Positions 1-8,203 of a DNA stretch of 49,612 nt are shown piece by piece. The stretch lies in assembly GCA_002433895.1 (NCBI GenBank), contig DJJA01000005.1:69883-119494 (forward strand), in the 5' to 3' direction. Within the stretch, counting starts at the first letter, position 1; every line of letters starts with the position of its first letter. The notes under the pieces are model-generated. The model saw only the letters and a list, made by a program, of their open reading frames with translations. It had not been told where the DNA came from and did no database searches. The DNA is from Candidatus Gottesmanbacteria bacterium UBA6580. GTDB lineage: Bacteria > Patescibacteriota > Microgenomatia > UBA10105 > UBA927. Both the position numbers and the translations under genes were made by a program.

Positions 1-681
1 ACCAGCTGCAGACAGCGCGACGACACCGAGTTGTTTCCCTAAGACTGCCATTTTTTTCTCCAGCGGGGTTTCTTCGTCTTTGATTTCGCCGAGTTTCGTT
101 GCGATAGAGCCGAACTTCGTACGCATGCCTGTTTTCGTCACTCTGGCGGTCGCTCTACCCCTTGTGACGATGGTACCCATATATATTTCGGCGTCCGTGG
201 TGGTATTTTTTTCGACCGGCAGTGATTCGCCGGTAAGGGCGGCTTCGTTAAATTCGACGTGCAGCGCTTCGATGAGTACGGCATCCGCCGGCACTTTGTC
301 ACCTTCCTCAAGGAATATGATGTCGCCGGGAACAATATCCGTGCTAGGAAGTTCTACCGTTGCGTTGTCGCGGTAGACCTTTACCATGCCGACAGTCATC
401 CGTTTGAGCGCGGCAAGTGCTTTTTCCGCTTTAAATTCCTGGGCAAATCCCAAGATCGCGTTAAGTACTAAAATCGTGAGGATCAGTACGCCGTCCAGCG
501 CGTCGCCCAAAATAAATGATAATCCCGCGGCTCCCATGAGCATGAGTACGAGAATATTTTTAAATTGTTCTATAAATATCGTGATCGGAGAGTGTGCAGA
601 CGCTTCGCTAAGCGCGTTGGGTCCATACTTAGCGAGCAGCTCGGCGGCTTTGTGGGTCGTCAAGTGCGGAATTTTTGTCAC
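1..681 (-). CDS. P-type cation-transporting ATPase, N-terminal part (gene runs off the left edge)
   Basis: Absent from the ORF track because it is open at position 1. My minus-strand translation reads ..AAELLAKYGPNALSE..GDKVPADAVL..EAALTGESLPVEK..TRGRATARVTKTGMRTKFG.., giving the actuator-domain TGES motif and flanking P-type ATPase signatures. The first canonical start after an upstream in-frame TAA is GTG at 681. Confidence 0.8.
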   Translation of the reverse strand, partial: MTKIPHLTTHKAAELLAKYGPNALSEASAHSPITIFIEQFKNILVLMLMGAAGLSFILGDALDGVLILTILVLNAILGFAQEFKAEKALAALKRMTVGMVKVYRDNATVELPSTDIVPGDIIFLEEGDKVPADAVLIEALHVEFNEAALTGESLPVEKNTTTDAEIYMGTIVTRGRATARVTKTGMRTKFGSIATKLGEIKDEETPLEKKMAVLGKQLGVVALSAAG

Positions 682-761
682 AAATGGTATTATAACAAAT
701 AATTTTCGTTACGCCACTATGGGTGGATAGGCGGCAGCGTTACGATCAGGTCTATCAACCG

Positions 762-1697
762 CTAGAGCAATGCTGTAATTTTATAAACCGGGGCGTCCAC
801 GGCTCCGAGATCGTATTTGTACCGTTCACTCCCCTGAAGAAAGTTTACCCAGGTTATATTGTTTGCGATCGCCCATTCGATCAGTTTGATTTTGAGGTAT
901 AGACCAGAACCCTCGAACGCGTGGTCGTAGCCGGAATTATATAAAAGCAGCGATTGATCAACACGGAATACTAATGTGGTAGCGATGTGCTTGTCTTCTT
1001 TGTACAACACAAATTGCAGTAATTGATCGGCGGCCACACCGGGTAAACCACGGAAAAACAGTTCCATTTCGCTAGTCAAAAACTGTTTTTTGTTCGGGTC
1101 TTCCTTCATCAGACGCAGAAGCAGGTCAATATCGATGGGATGTGCTTGTGTTAAAGAGAGTGTGCCGTGCTGTTCTTCAAAGCGGCGCATTTTACGGCGA
1201 AGTTCATGCCGTTCTTTGCGGCCGAGTGAGGAAAGGTAAGCTTCCCAGGAGCGTGCGAGTGGTATGGTGGGAGTCGTGTCTTCTTCGGTAATTTCTGAAT
1301 TCTGATGTTTAAAAAACGTAAGGGTTCCGGAAGTGCCGGGTATATTGCGGAGTACCAGGCTTTCTGCCCCTTGTTCCTTCAAAAACGGAAGGACGTGCTG
1401 CCATGTGTGAGCTTTTTGCGCATTATCGCCGATGGCGTCAAGATAATCGGCTATTTCTTCGCCGCCCGTAAAATGCGCGACATTATCTCTGATTGCGAGC
1501 GGAAATATCAGTCCGTCTTTGGCAATAATCAGCAGCTTTTCCGGTTGTCCCAGTGTCGTATGCCAATGACGGTGCCACGGGAAATGGTAAAACGGCATGG
1601 GCGCGGCTTCATTTGTCAGGGCGGTTTGCCAGAGTGCGGTAAGGCGGTCATCAAATTGCGTGAACGTTTGCATATGTGTATTATAGACCACAGCCAT
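762..1697 (-). CDS. GNAT-type acetyltransferase, BioF2/CelD-like (Acetyltransf_6-like)
   Basis: 311-aa ORF. The C-terminal half (..LLLYNSGYD..GSGLYLKIKLIEWAIANNITWVNFLQGSERYKYDLGA) resembles the CelD/FemAB-like GNAT fold. Family recalled from memory. Confidence 0.55.
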   Translation of the reverse strand: MAVVYNTHMQTFTQFDDRLTALWQTALTNEAAPMPFYHFPWHRHWHTTLGQPEKLLIIAKDGLIFPLAIRDNVAHFTGGEEIADYLDAIGDNAQKAHTWQHVLPFLKEQGAESLVLRNIPGTSGTLTFFKHQNSEITEEDTTPTIPLARSWEAYLSSLGRKERHELRRKMRRFEEQHGTLSLTQAHPIDIDLLLRLMKEDPNKKQFLTSEMELFFRGLPGVAADQLLQFVLYKEDKHIATTLVFRVDQSLLLYNSGYDHAFEGSGLYLKIKLIEWAIANNITWVNFLQGSERYKYDLGAVDAPVYKITALL

Positions 1698-1840
1698 GCC
1701 GGGTAGTAGAATTTCGACACGATTTCGTTTCGTTGTCGGAATATAATATTACCTGAATATATCAAGAAATGCTTGTAGCATGAAAGAACACTGAAATTTC
1801 GTCATCGTAAAAAACAACGGTCGAAATTTCACAACTCGGT

Positions 1841-2521
1841 ATGAAAAAGACTGTATTTTGTATTATCGCGCATCCAGACGACGAAGCGTTCGGTCCCGCA
1901 GGAACGCTTGCGATACTCGCTAAAACCGAAGATGTTCACGTCGTGTGCGTTACCGACGGAGCATCTGACCCGCGGTTTCACCCCATAGGAGGCAAGACGC
2001 TTTCTCACATCAGGAAAGAAGAGTTGGCGGCGTCCGCCCGGGCACTCGGCGTTTCCAAAGTGCATATGTTGGGATACCAGGATGGCACACTGAATAACAA
2101 TATCTATCACGATGTCGCGGACAAGCTCCAGCAACTTATGGAAAAATACAATCCGTCGCTCCTTATTACCACTGAGCTTCGTGGGATATCGGGACATCTT
2201 GACCATGTGGCGACCGCGATGATTACAAGTTACGTTTACGAGAAAAATCCATCGATTGACGCCATTTGGTATAACTGCACGAACCGGACGGTAAGCGACG
2301 CGATGCGGGAATATTTTGTGTATTTCCCTCCCGGCTTTTTGCGCGAACAGGTGGATATGATCGTAGATATTTCAGGGGTGTTTACCCAAAAGGTCGCCGC
2401 CGCGAAGTGCCATGTGTCTCAGGAAAAAGACGCGGAGCGGGCGATAAAGCGCTGGATGCAATTACCCAAAGAAGAATGGTTTTTGGTGATGAAGCGGCGG
2501 GATACGTTTGTTATTGCGTAG
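1841..2521 (+). CDS. PIG-L/LmbE family deacetylase
   Basis: N-terminal IIAHPDDEAFG motif and a later GHLDH motif typical of PIG-L deacetylases. Confidence 0.8.
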   Translation: MKKTVFCIIAHPDDEAFGPAGTLAILAKTEDVHVVCVTDGASDPRFHPIGGKTLSHIRKEELAASARALGVSKVHMLGYQDGTLNNNIYHDVADKLQQLMEKYNPSLLITTELRGISGHLDHVATAMITSYVYEKNPSIDAIWYNCTNRTVSDAMREYFVYFPPGFLREQVDMIVDISGVFTQKVAAAKCHVSQEKDAERAIKRWMQLPKEEWFLVMKRRDTFVIA

Positions 2522-4319
2522 CCCAGTTTCCCTCGCTCGTTTGCGGCCGGTACAGCGGATCGGTATAGCGGACGATATATTTTTCGCAGAACGTTGCTTC
2601 GCTCAGATTTTCTACCGCAAAGTCATCCATTGTAAATTTTGCAGGATACGGCGAAAGCGCGTAGTTGCTGCACAGCATGTCGTTAAAAAGCATGTACAGT
2701 GTGCCCCCGTCGGATAAGGATGAAATCGCCGTCATCGGCCGGTTGATAAAGAGCTCTTTGCATGGTGAAGCATTTGAAAGTATAAAGATTGTTTTTCCGG
2801 CATCAATGTCAGCTTTTGTGGGACATTCTTTGGTAAATACTGTATTGTCCCAGATATAATTTTCGGCTTTCATCTTGCCGCGGATAGTGGGAATGGTCTC
2901 CGGTGACGGGAGATTGGAATAAAACATATAGTTTCGGAAATATATCTGTGGTGTATCCGTTACATTAACAACGGGATAATTGTGAGCCGCAGCGAGTTTT
3001 GCGTACTGGGAATAGAGCCGTTGACTGAGCCCGAATGATTCGGAATTATAATAAGGAAACCGGAAAAAATAGAGATACGCGAAATTTGCGGTAAGCCCGA
3101 GATACAAAAGCACAATGCTTCCTATCGCCACCGGCCGCGCGTGCCGTCGGACCCACCCGAGGCTTCCGTGTATGCCGTAGGCGATAAGCATGGTAAAAAA
3201 CGGATACATGAGTGAAGCCCGATGCACATACGTGGTGCCCTCGGTTGAAAAAATAGCAGGAATGGGCGCAATAATAATCACAGCAGCAAATATCGCCAGC
3301 AGAGCCGGCGCCTGGGTAAGGAGGAGAGCCGCCCCAATCAGCAAAAAGATAGCGTCCAAGGGATAAAAAAGCCCGTGTTCCCAGAGTGCAAATGTTGCGG
3401 TTCCTTCCCCGTTGGTAAATATGATGCCGGGTGAAAATGCTCCAAAAAATTTAACGACCATGGTTTTTACATACACAACCGGCTTATTGGCAAAAAGTGT
3501 CGTAAGAGGAGTAGTAAGTGTTAGTCTGCGCTGGTCGTCTACTTCTGCCGCGATAGTGGGGTCAAAGGGAGTGAAAAGCTGATTTATCCGGAGGCTTGCC
3601 GTTGTCGTCTGTACCCGGAATACAAAGTGACCAAATATAAGCAAAGCACCCAACAGTATAAGGGCAAACCATTTCGTATCTTCCCGTTTGCGGATAAAGA
3701 GCCACACTCCAGTTACTGTGATACATACATAGGGGAGAAACAGGAGTTTGGTGCCGATGTAATCATAAAACGCGAGAAACAAGGGGATCAATGTCAGGAG
3801 AAGTTTGGGTCCCCGGAGCTTGAGGAGACAGAGGAACGCGAGTAAATAAAAGGTAATGGAAATAGGGACATCATAAGCGGTTCTCCCGAAATAAACACTC
3901 CAGGGGTTTATCGCCGCCATAAACCCAGCAGTAAGGCCTATCCATGGACCGAACAGCGTGGCAGCTATGCCGTAAATGATGAGCACCGATATGATGCTGA
4001 TAAGCGCAAATCCTATGCGCGCGGTAAATAATGACAAACCAAATGGCCCGACAAATGGCAAGCTGACAAGGTAGGTAAGTTCTCCTTTGGGTATTTCATC
4101 CGGGAACGTCGAGAGTGACCACGGTGACCAGTTGTTAAATATATTCGAGCCCGTGTGATAGACAAATTTTGCGTTGAGCACATAATCAAACTCATCCATG
4201 ACGATACCGGTAGGGATACGGTCGAGGTGCCATATACGGAGAAACGCGGCGATGAGAAGAAAAAGGGCAACAAGTCCAAAATACCATTTAGCGGGCTTCG
4301 GTTCCTTCGTCGGCTTCAT
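2511..4319 (-). CDS. Polytopic membrane glycosyltransferase, GT39/ArnT/PMT-like
   Basis: 602 aa with many TM helices. The N-terminal DEFDYV-type loop after TM1 is typical of GT-C (dolichyl/undecaprenyl-phosphate sugar) transferases. Confidence 0.7.
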   Translation of the reverse strand: MKPTKEPKPAKWYFGLVALFLLIAAFLRIWHLDRIPTGIVMDEFDYVLNAKFVYHTGSNIFNNWSPWSLSTFPDEIPKGELTYLVSLPFVGPFGLSLFTARIGFALISIISVLIIYGIAATLFGPWIGLTAGFMAAINPWSVYFGRTAYDVPISITFYLLAFLCLLKLRGPKLLLTLIPLFLAFYDYIGTKLLFLPYVCITVTGVWLFIRKREDTKWFALILLGALLIFGHFVFRVQTTTASLRINQLFTPFDPTIAAEVDDQRRLTLTTPLTTLFANKPVVYVKTMVVKFFGAFSPGIIFTNGEGTATFALWEHGLFYPLDAIFLLIGAALLLTQAPALLAIFAAVIIIAPIPAIFSTEGTTYVHRASLMYPFFTMLIAYGIHGSLGWVRRHARPVAIGSIVLLYLGLTANFAYLYFFRFPYYNSESFGLSQRLYSQYAKLAAAHNYPVVNVTDTPQIYFRNYMFYSNLPSPETIPTIRGKMKAENYIWDNTVFTKECPTKADIDAGKTIFILSNASPCKELFINRPMTAISSLSDGGTLYMLFNDMLCSNYALSPYPAKFTMDDFAVENLSEATFCEKYIVRYTDPLYRPQTSEGNWATQ

Positions 4320-4789
4320 GTATTCCTTCTGGCCTTTTTCACGAGCTTCGCGACATAGATAATCTCGCGGACTTCGCCGTCTTCACCTTCGATTTCGGTT
4401 GTACCCGAAAGCCGGGCGTATTCCCGGAGGTATTCGGACTGAGCGACGGAAAGGTCTTTGTTTTCCTGGGTCATGTCTTTGACTTTTTCGGCGATCTGGC
4501 GGGTCGCGGAGTTTTGCATGACATTCATTTTTGCCTTACCTTTTTCTTTGGCGGCTTCTTTCGCCTTGTCTGCTGCTTCTTTATAGGTGCTGTCGTTGAG
4601 CAGGGCACTTTCCAGCATTTCTTTGAGTTTTTTAAGTTCTGTTTTATTTCGTTCAATGGCACTTACATTCGTTTTTATCATCTGCTCCAACTCGAGCACG
4701 GTATCTGCCGTAGCGGTATCTTGTGTGGGAGTGACGGTATTGGTTTCTTCGGTTTCTACGATTTCTGCATCGGTGATTTGATCATTCAT
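4316..4789 (-). CDS. Hypothetical acidic coiled-coil protein, translationally coupled to the GT39 gene
   Basis: 157-aa ORF with protein-like composition. Its TGA stop overlaps the GT39 ATG (ATGA at 4316-4319). Confidence 0.5.
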   Translation of the reverse strand: MNDQITDAEIVETEETNTVTPTQDTATADTVLELEQMIKTNVSAIERNKTELKKLKEMLESALLNDSTYKEAADKAKEAAKEKGKAKMNVMQNSATRQIAEKVKDMTQENKDLSVAQSEYLREYARLSGTTEIEGEDGEVREIIYVAKLVKKARRNT

Positions 4790-4839
4790 ATTGGACTATT
4801 TAAAAGCAAATACCCCGTAAGTTGCAATAGGGAATTACA

Positions 4840-5145
4840 GTGAGTACACTATGGTACAAGCGTATTATGAGATCTCAACGGCAGGAAGCGGAGCGTCCCT
4901 GCGAGCAATGTAGGTTTTATCAGCGTTCGGGAAAACGCGAGTTAACGCTATTTAATGACGGGAAAAATTACATGACTACGGGTAACTGTACGAATCCCGA
5001 TAGTCCGCTCAACACTCGTAAATTAACCGGTAGTTTTACGGCTTCGGTCAACGCCATGCATCATCGGTTGGTTAACTATATTCGCATGACCTGTTTTGCC
5101 CCCACGGAGCCAACAGATACTCAGGAGCGATTACCCCGCAGATAA
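4840..5145 (+). CDS. Hypothetical small Cys-containing protein
   Basis: 101-aa ORF with a GTG start, a CxxC (PCEQCRF) plus two more Cys. No recognisable family. Confidence 0.3.
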   Translation: MSTLWYKRIMRSQRQEAERPCEQCRFYQRSGKRELTLFNDGKNYMTTGNCTNPDSPLNTRKLTGSFTASVNAMHHRLVNYIRMTCFAPTEPTDTQERLPRR

Positions 5146-5404
5146 CTGTCAATGGTGGTATACTTTCAAAAATCCACGAAAAATGGCGTTAGAATGAGTA
5201 AAACGCTATAATTTCATCTACTCTGTTTGGTTTGCGGCAGTCAGTATAGCCTGGCTGATTGACGAGCCTCACAGAACGCACTTTACCATATCTCAATCTG
5301 GTGTCGAAGTAGCATACCTGACGATTTGAGTGAGGCAGTGTGGAGCAAAAACATATTTTGCGATGCACCGCTTCACTCAAATTTAAAAGAAAGGTTAGGA
5401 TACT

Positions 5405-5791
5405 ATGCTTCATACACCAACAAATTCGCGTATTACTTTCACCTATAATGTCACATTGTTATTTGGCGTTGTGCCACTGGTCATCTATTGTTTTTTGGAT
5501 CACCCGCTCCCCGGCGTGCTCACGTTTTGGCCGTTTCTTTCGGGGGCAGGAGTAGCTGGTTTTCTCAAGCAAAAGAAAGGCTTGGAGGGCTGGTGGATCT
5601 TTATGTGCATGACTAGCGCCGCATGGCCTACGATGCTGACTGCCGTTCCATCCATGTCACCAGATATCCATGTAATCGCATCTATGTTGATTATTGCTTC
5701 GATGTTTATCGTATGGACGATCGTTGCAATGACAGTAGCAATAGTTTCCAATGTGTATTACAGAGGGAAGAAAGGATCCGACCATGGCTAG
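5405..5791 (+). CDS. Hypothetical membrane protein (about 4 TM)
   Basis: Hydrophobic 128-aa ORF with ATG preceded by AAAGGTTAGGA. It overlaps the next ORF by 8 nt. Confidence 0.45.
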   Translation: MLHTPTNSRITFTYNVTLLFGVVPLVIYCFLDHPLPGVLTFWPFLSGAGVAGFLKQKKGLEGWWIFMCMTSAAWPTMLTAVPSMSPDIHVIASMLIIASMFIVWTIVAMTVAIVSNVYYRGKKGSDHG

Positions 5792-6197
5792 AAACTGGAA
5801 ACCCAAAAAGCACAAGAAACAAATGAAATTGAGCGTCTATTTCTTCATACTCATCTCGCTGTTGATGCCGTTTTTGACCTATATCTTGTTTCCAGAAGGA
5901 GATAGGGAAGTATCGGTGGGCGTTATGCTAGTCTACATGTTCATCGGCGCGTTTGCGCTGGCCATAGAGAAAGGTTATTGGCTGTGGCTTACTATCGAGT
6001 TAGAAGCCGCGCTCTGGAGGTTTATGTTTTCGTTCGCCTCCCTTAACGGGAACTATTCGACGGAGAATATTATATGGCTTGGAGAACGATTTCTCGTATT
6101 CTTCAGCTACGTATTGCTATTTTCGGCGTTTTTCGGCTTTGTTGGAAGGTTTTGCATATGGTTTGTAAAGGGGGGAGATGACAATCACGGAGATTGA
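5784..6197 (+). CDS. Hypothetical membrane protein (about 4 TM)
   Basis: The internal ATG at 5784 (MARNWKPKKHKK..) overlaps the stop of the upstream ORF (ATGGCTAG). Lys-rich N-terminus followed by TM helices. Confidence 0.45.
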   Translation: MARNWKPKKHKKQMKLSVYFFILISLLMPFLTYILFPEGDREVSVGVMLVYMFIGAFALAIEKGYWLWLTIELEAALWRFMFSFASLNGNYSTENIIWLGERFLVFFSYVLLFSAFFGFVGRFCIWFVKGGDDNHGD

Positions 6198-6352
6198 GAT
6201 ATACAGTTTTGCGCCCGGACCTTTTCGGACTTTGCCGATTGTTGGCAGGTTTGATTTTAGGTTCGGGCGTATTTTTTTGGTTTCCGGTTTCCTTTGACCG
6301 TATTTTTTGGTACAATTTATATAGTCGCGCATGGTTTGTGGGACACGTTTAT

Positions 6353-6373
6353 AAGTAAATATCGCCCCGTTCG
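6353..6373 (+). repeat. Direct repeat copy 1: AAGTAAATATCGCCCCGTTCG (orphan copy of the tRNA-Glu upstream flank plus first 10 nt)
   Basis: Identical 21-mer at 6486-6506. Confidence 0.9.
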
Positions 6374-6485
6374 CAGTCCAGCGCTTAGCGAGCGAGTTCA
6401 TATTAGCGAGTTTTAGCGCTGGTGAGTGTCGCGTATTCGCGACGCTAGCGGCCGAGTGAGCGCTCATCAAAATGGAATAGTTAAC

Positions 6486-6506
6486 AAGTAAATATCGCCC
6501 CGTTCG
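6486..6506 (+). repeat. Direct repeat copy 2, overlapping the 5' end of tRNA-Glu
   Basis: Identical 21-mer at 6353-6373. Confidence 0.9.
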
Positions 6507-6570
6507 TCTAGCGGCCCAGGACATCTGGTTTTCAGCCAGAGAATCGCCGGTTCGAATCCGGCACGGGGTA
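6497..6570 (+). tRNA. tRNA-Glu (anticodon UUC)
   Basis: Hand-folded cloverleaf. Acceptor GCCCCGT/ACGGGGT (G1-U72 wobble), anticodon stem TCTGG/CCAGA, loop TTTTCAG, T arm GCCGG-TTCGAAT-CCGGC. CCA is not encoded. Confidence 0.9.
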
Positions 6571-6616
6571 CTACTTTTAAAGCTAAATCGAGGCTGGTTC
6601 CAAATAAAATAGAGGG

Positions 6617-7114
6617 TTATTTAATTCTTGTTAGATCAAAATAAATTCCAGCTCCAGTATTTTTCCCACCAACCTTGCTATACCATGCCGCTTGGGATTC
6701 ACCACCTCGAACCACAAATCTAGTACAGCCAAATCTTTTTGAAAGAGAAAGTGCTGTCAAGAACAGTATTGAACCAATATGGTGCTTTCGTTGTCTTTCA
6801 ACGACATATAACCCATCGGCATCCGCTAACAATCGAAGATTGAGGGCTGGAACAACAAAATCTGATCGCTTTCTAATAATAGGCGACTCAAGAATACCAG
6901 ATCGAGATTCTGCTACATTCATAAAATCGCATATGCCAGTCGGATTGCCTTCTCCGTCATAGGTGGTAAGGGCGACGTATCTTCTTTGTGAAGGTTGAAT
7001 TACGAAGACTGATGACTCAAGTTCACCATGTTCAATCTTAATACGTCCACCACGATCTAGAGTTTCTAGATGACTCATTACGATCGGTGATTCTCGACCA
7101 AGTTCTAATACCAT
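6617..7114 (-). CDS. GNAT family N-acetyltransferase-like protein in a visibly AT-rich islet
   Basis: The C-terminal half, ..LYVVERQRKHHIGSILFLTALSLSKRFGCTRFVV..AAWYSKVGG.., fits GNAT motifs A/B. Confidence 0.5.
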   Translation of the reverse strand: MVLELGRESPIVMSHLETLDRGGRIKIEHGELESSVFVIQPSQRRYVALTTYDGEGNPTGICDFMNVAESRSGILESPIIRKRSDFVVPALNLRLLADADGLYVVERQRKHHIGSILFLTALSLSKRFGCTRFVVRGGESQAAWYSKVGGKNTGAGIYFDLTRIK

Positions 7115-7463
7115 ACGTAGTAATTATAAATCAGACGCTAAATATTCAAAAATCGATAGTCTACTGAAATAAATACAGGAAAGAAGTATTTTATATCATA
7201 AACCAATTGGTTCCATCGTGCTAAAATGTTGTACTTCAGACGGCGAGGCGCCGTTAGGAAGGTTCGGAGCCATTTCTTTGGCCATATACGGATAGACCGT
7301 GTATTAGATTCGGTAGAAACCCTCAGGTTATACCCCGATTTTGGCGCTCAAGTGACAAAGTGACCGAGCACCTATATGGCTGTATACTAACGGCCGGGTG
7401 CAAAATAACAAGACTTTTGCCTACATAGGCGGTAAAATACAAGAGAACAGTGTCTATTTAATT

Positions 7464-7895
7464 ATGAAAGAGTCTAGTCCACGGATAATCCGTATTTTTG
7501 TCGGCGAAGGGGATTTTCGCAGTCAAGCGCCGTTGGCGGAAAAGCGTAGGCGTCAAGGATGGGTAATGGGAAAACGGGACGATAGCCCTAAGATTAGGCA
7601 GGCCACCGGCGCCGCCAAAGGAGCAATAGTTATCGGGAACGGTGCTGATGCCCGGCTTTGCATGGCAGCAATAATCGATGATTCATTTGCTAGTGGGGCT
7701 AAGCGGGTGGTGATACCGCTTCATCAAATCCGTACGGCATTTGGGACGGATGACTCTCTTTTTTCCTGTGCATTGGCTTTGGCCCGCGGGTTAGAGGAAA
7801 AAGGCAGGTCGCTTGATGATGCGCGCCTTTTGGTTACTCCCACCGCCGTATGGAAACGGGCGATTGCGCAGGTGGAAAAGGAAACGCAGTGGTGA
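7464..7895 (+). CDS. Hypothetical protein (possible Rossmann-like/SLOG-like fold, very tentative)
   Basis: The track ORF starts at GTG 7398; ATG 7464 (MKESSPR..) is more plausible. The GAIVIGNGADARLCMAAI..GAKRVVIPL pattern only loosely recalls DprA/LOG-type G-x-G-x-D ... P motifs. Confidence 0.45.
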   Translation: MKESSPRIIRIFVGEGDFRSQAPLAEKRRRQGWVMGKRDDSPKIRQATGAAKGAIVIGNGADARLCMAAIIDDSFASGAKRVVIPLHQIRTAFGTDDSLFSCALALARGLEEKGRSLDDARLLVTPTAVWKRAIAQVEKETQW

Positions 7896-8203
7896 CGGTC
7901 TTTATGCCATAAGATCGGCGCGTCATGCTCGTTAGATCGTGCGGCTGATTAGGGGAACATCTTCTGAGCTTCTTGTCTCGCCTTTTGTACCCCCGCAGCA
8001 ACAAATGCTTCAAGTTTTTTCCTCGCAGTCCACGGCTTCTTCCCTCTCATACAAGCTCTGGCGCTGCCGTCTGTCTGCATTATTTTCCTGGCGGATCAGT
8101 TAGATAGCTGATGCTTTCTGTGGATTGGTAAGTGTGGGGGGTAATACCCGTCAATTTTCCATGGTTGTTTTTTTTGAGCGAACCCATTACTATCGGTCAG
8201 GAC

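Noticed and set aside
5230-5290. Possible fluoride (crcB-motif) riboswitch: CTGGCTGATTGACGAGCCTCAC vaguely resembles the GCUGAUGAUGCCUAC end of the motif, and two small membrane proteins follow.
   Set aside because: The 5' half of the motif is not present. The downstream proteins also lack CrcB/FluC signatures (no G-x-x-G..R or TTFSTF-type motifs).
6486-6497. The AAGTAAATATCG word (also at 6353 and 45303, with the variant TATAATATCG at 45078) as a simple shared -10 promoter for all these tRNAs.
   Set aside because: For tRNA-Glu the TAAATA hexamer ends only 2 nt before the mature 5' end, so a start site would fall inside the tRNA. The word may act as a -10 box for the Gly and Gln leaders, but it cannot do so for the second tRNA-Glu copy. 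The repeat is therefore reported as a duplication rather than as a promoter.
6103-6524. Track ORFs 6103-6315 and 6117-6524 (minus strand) across the tRNA-Glu upstream region.
   Set aside because: They overlap the tRNA and the palindromic repeat region, are K/R-rich with low complexity, and lack any start context.
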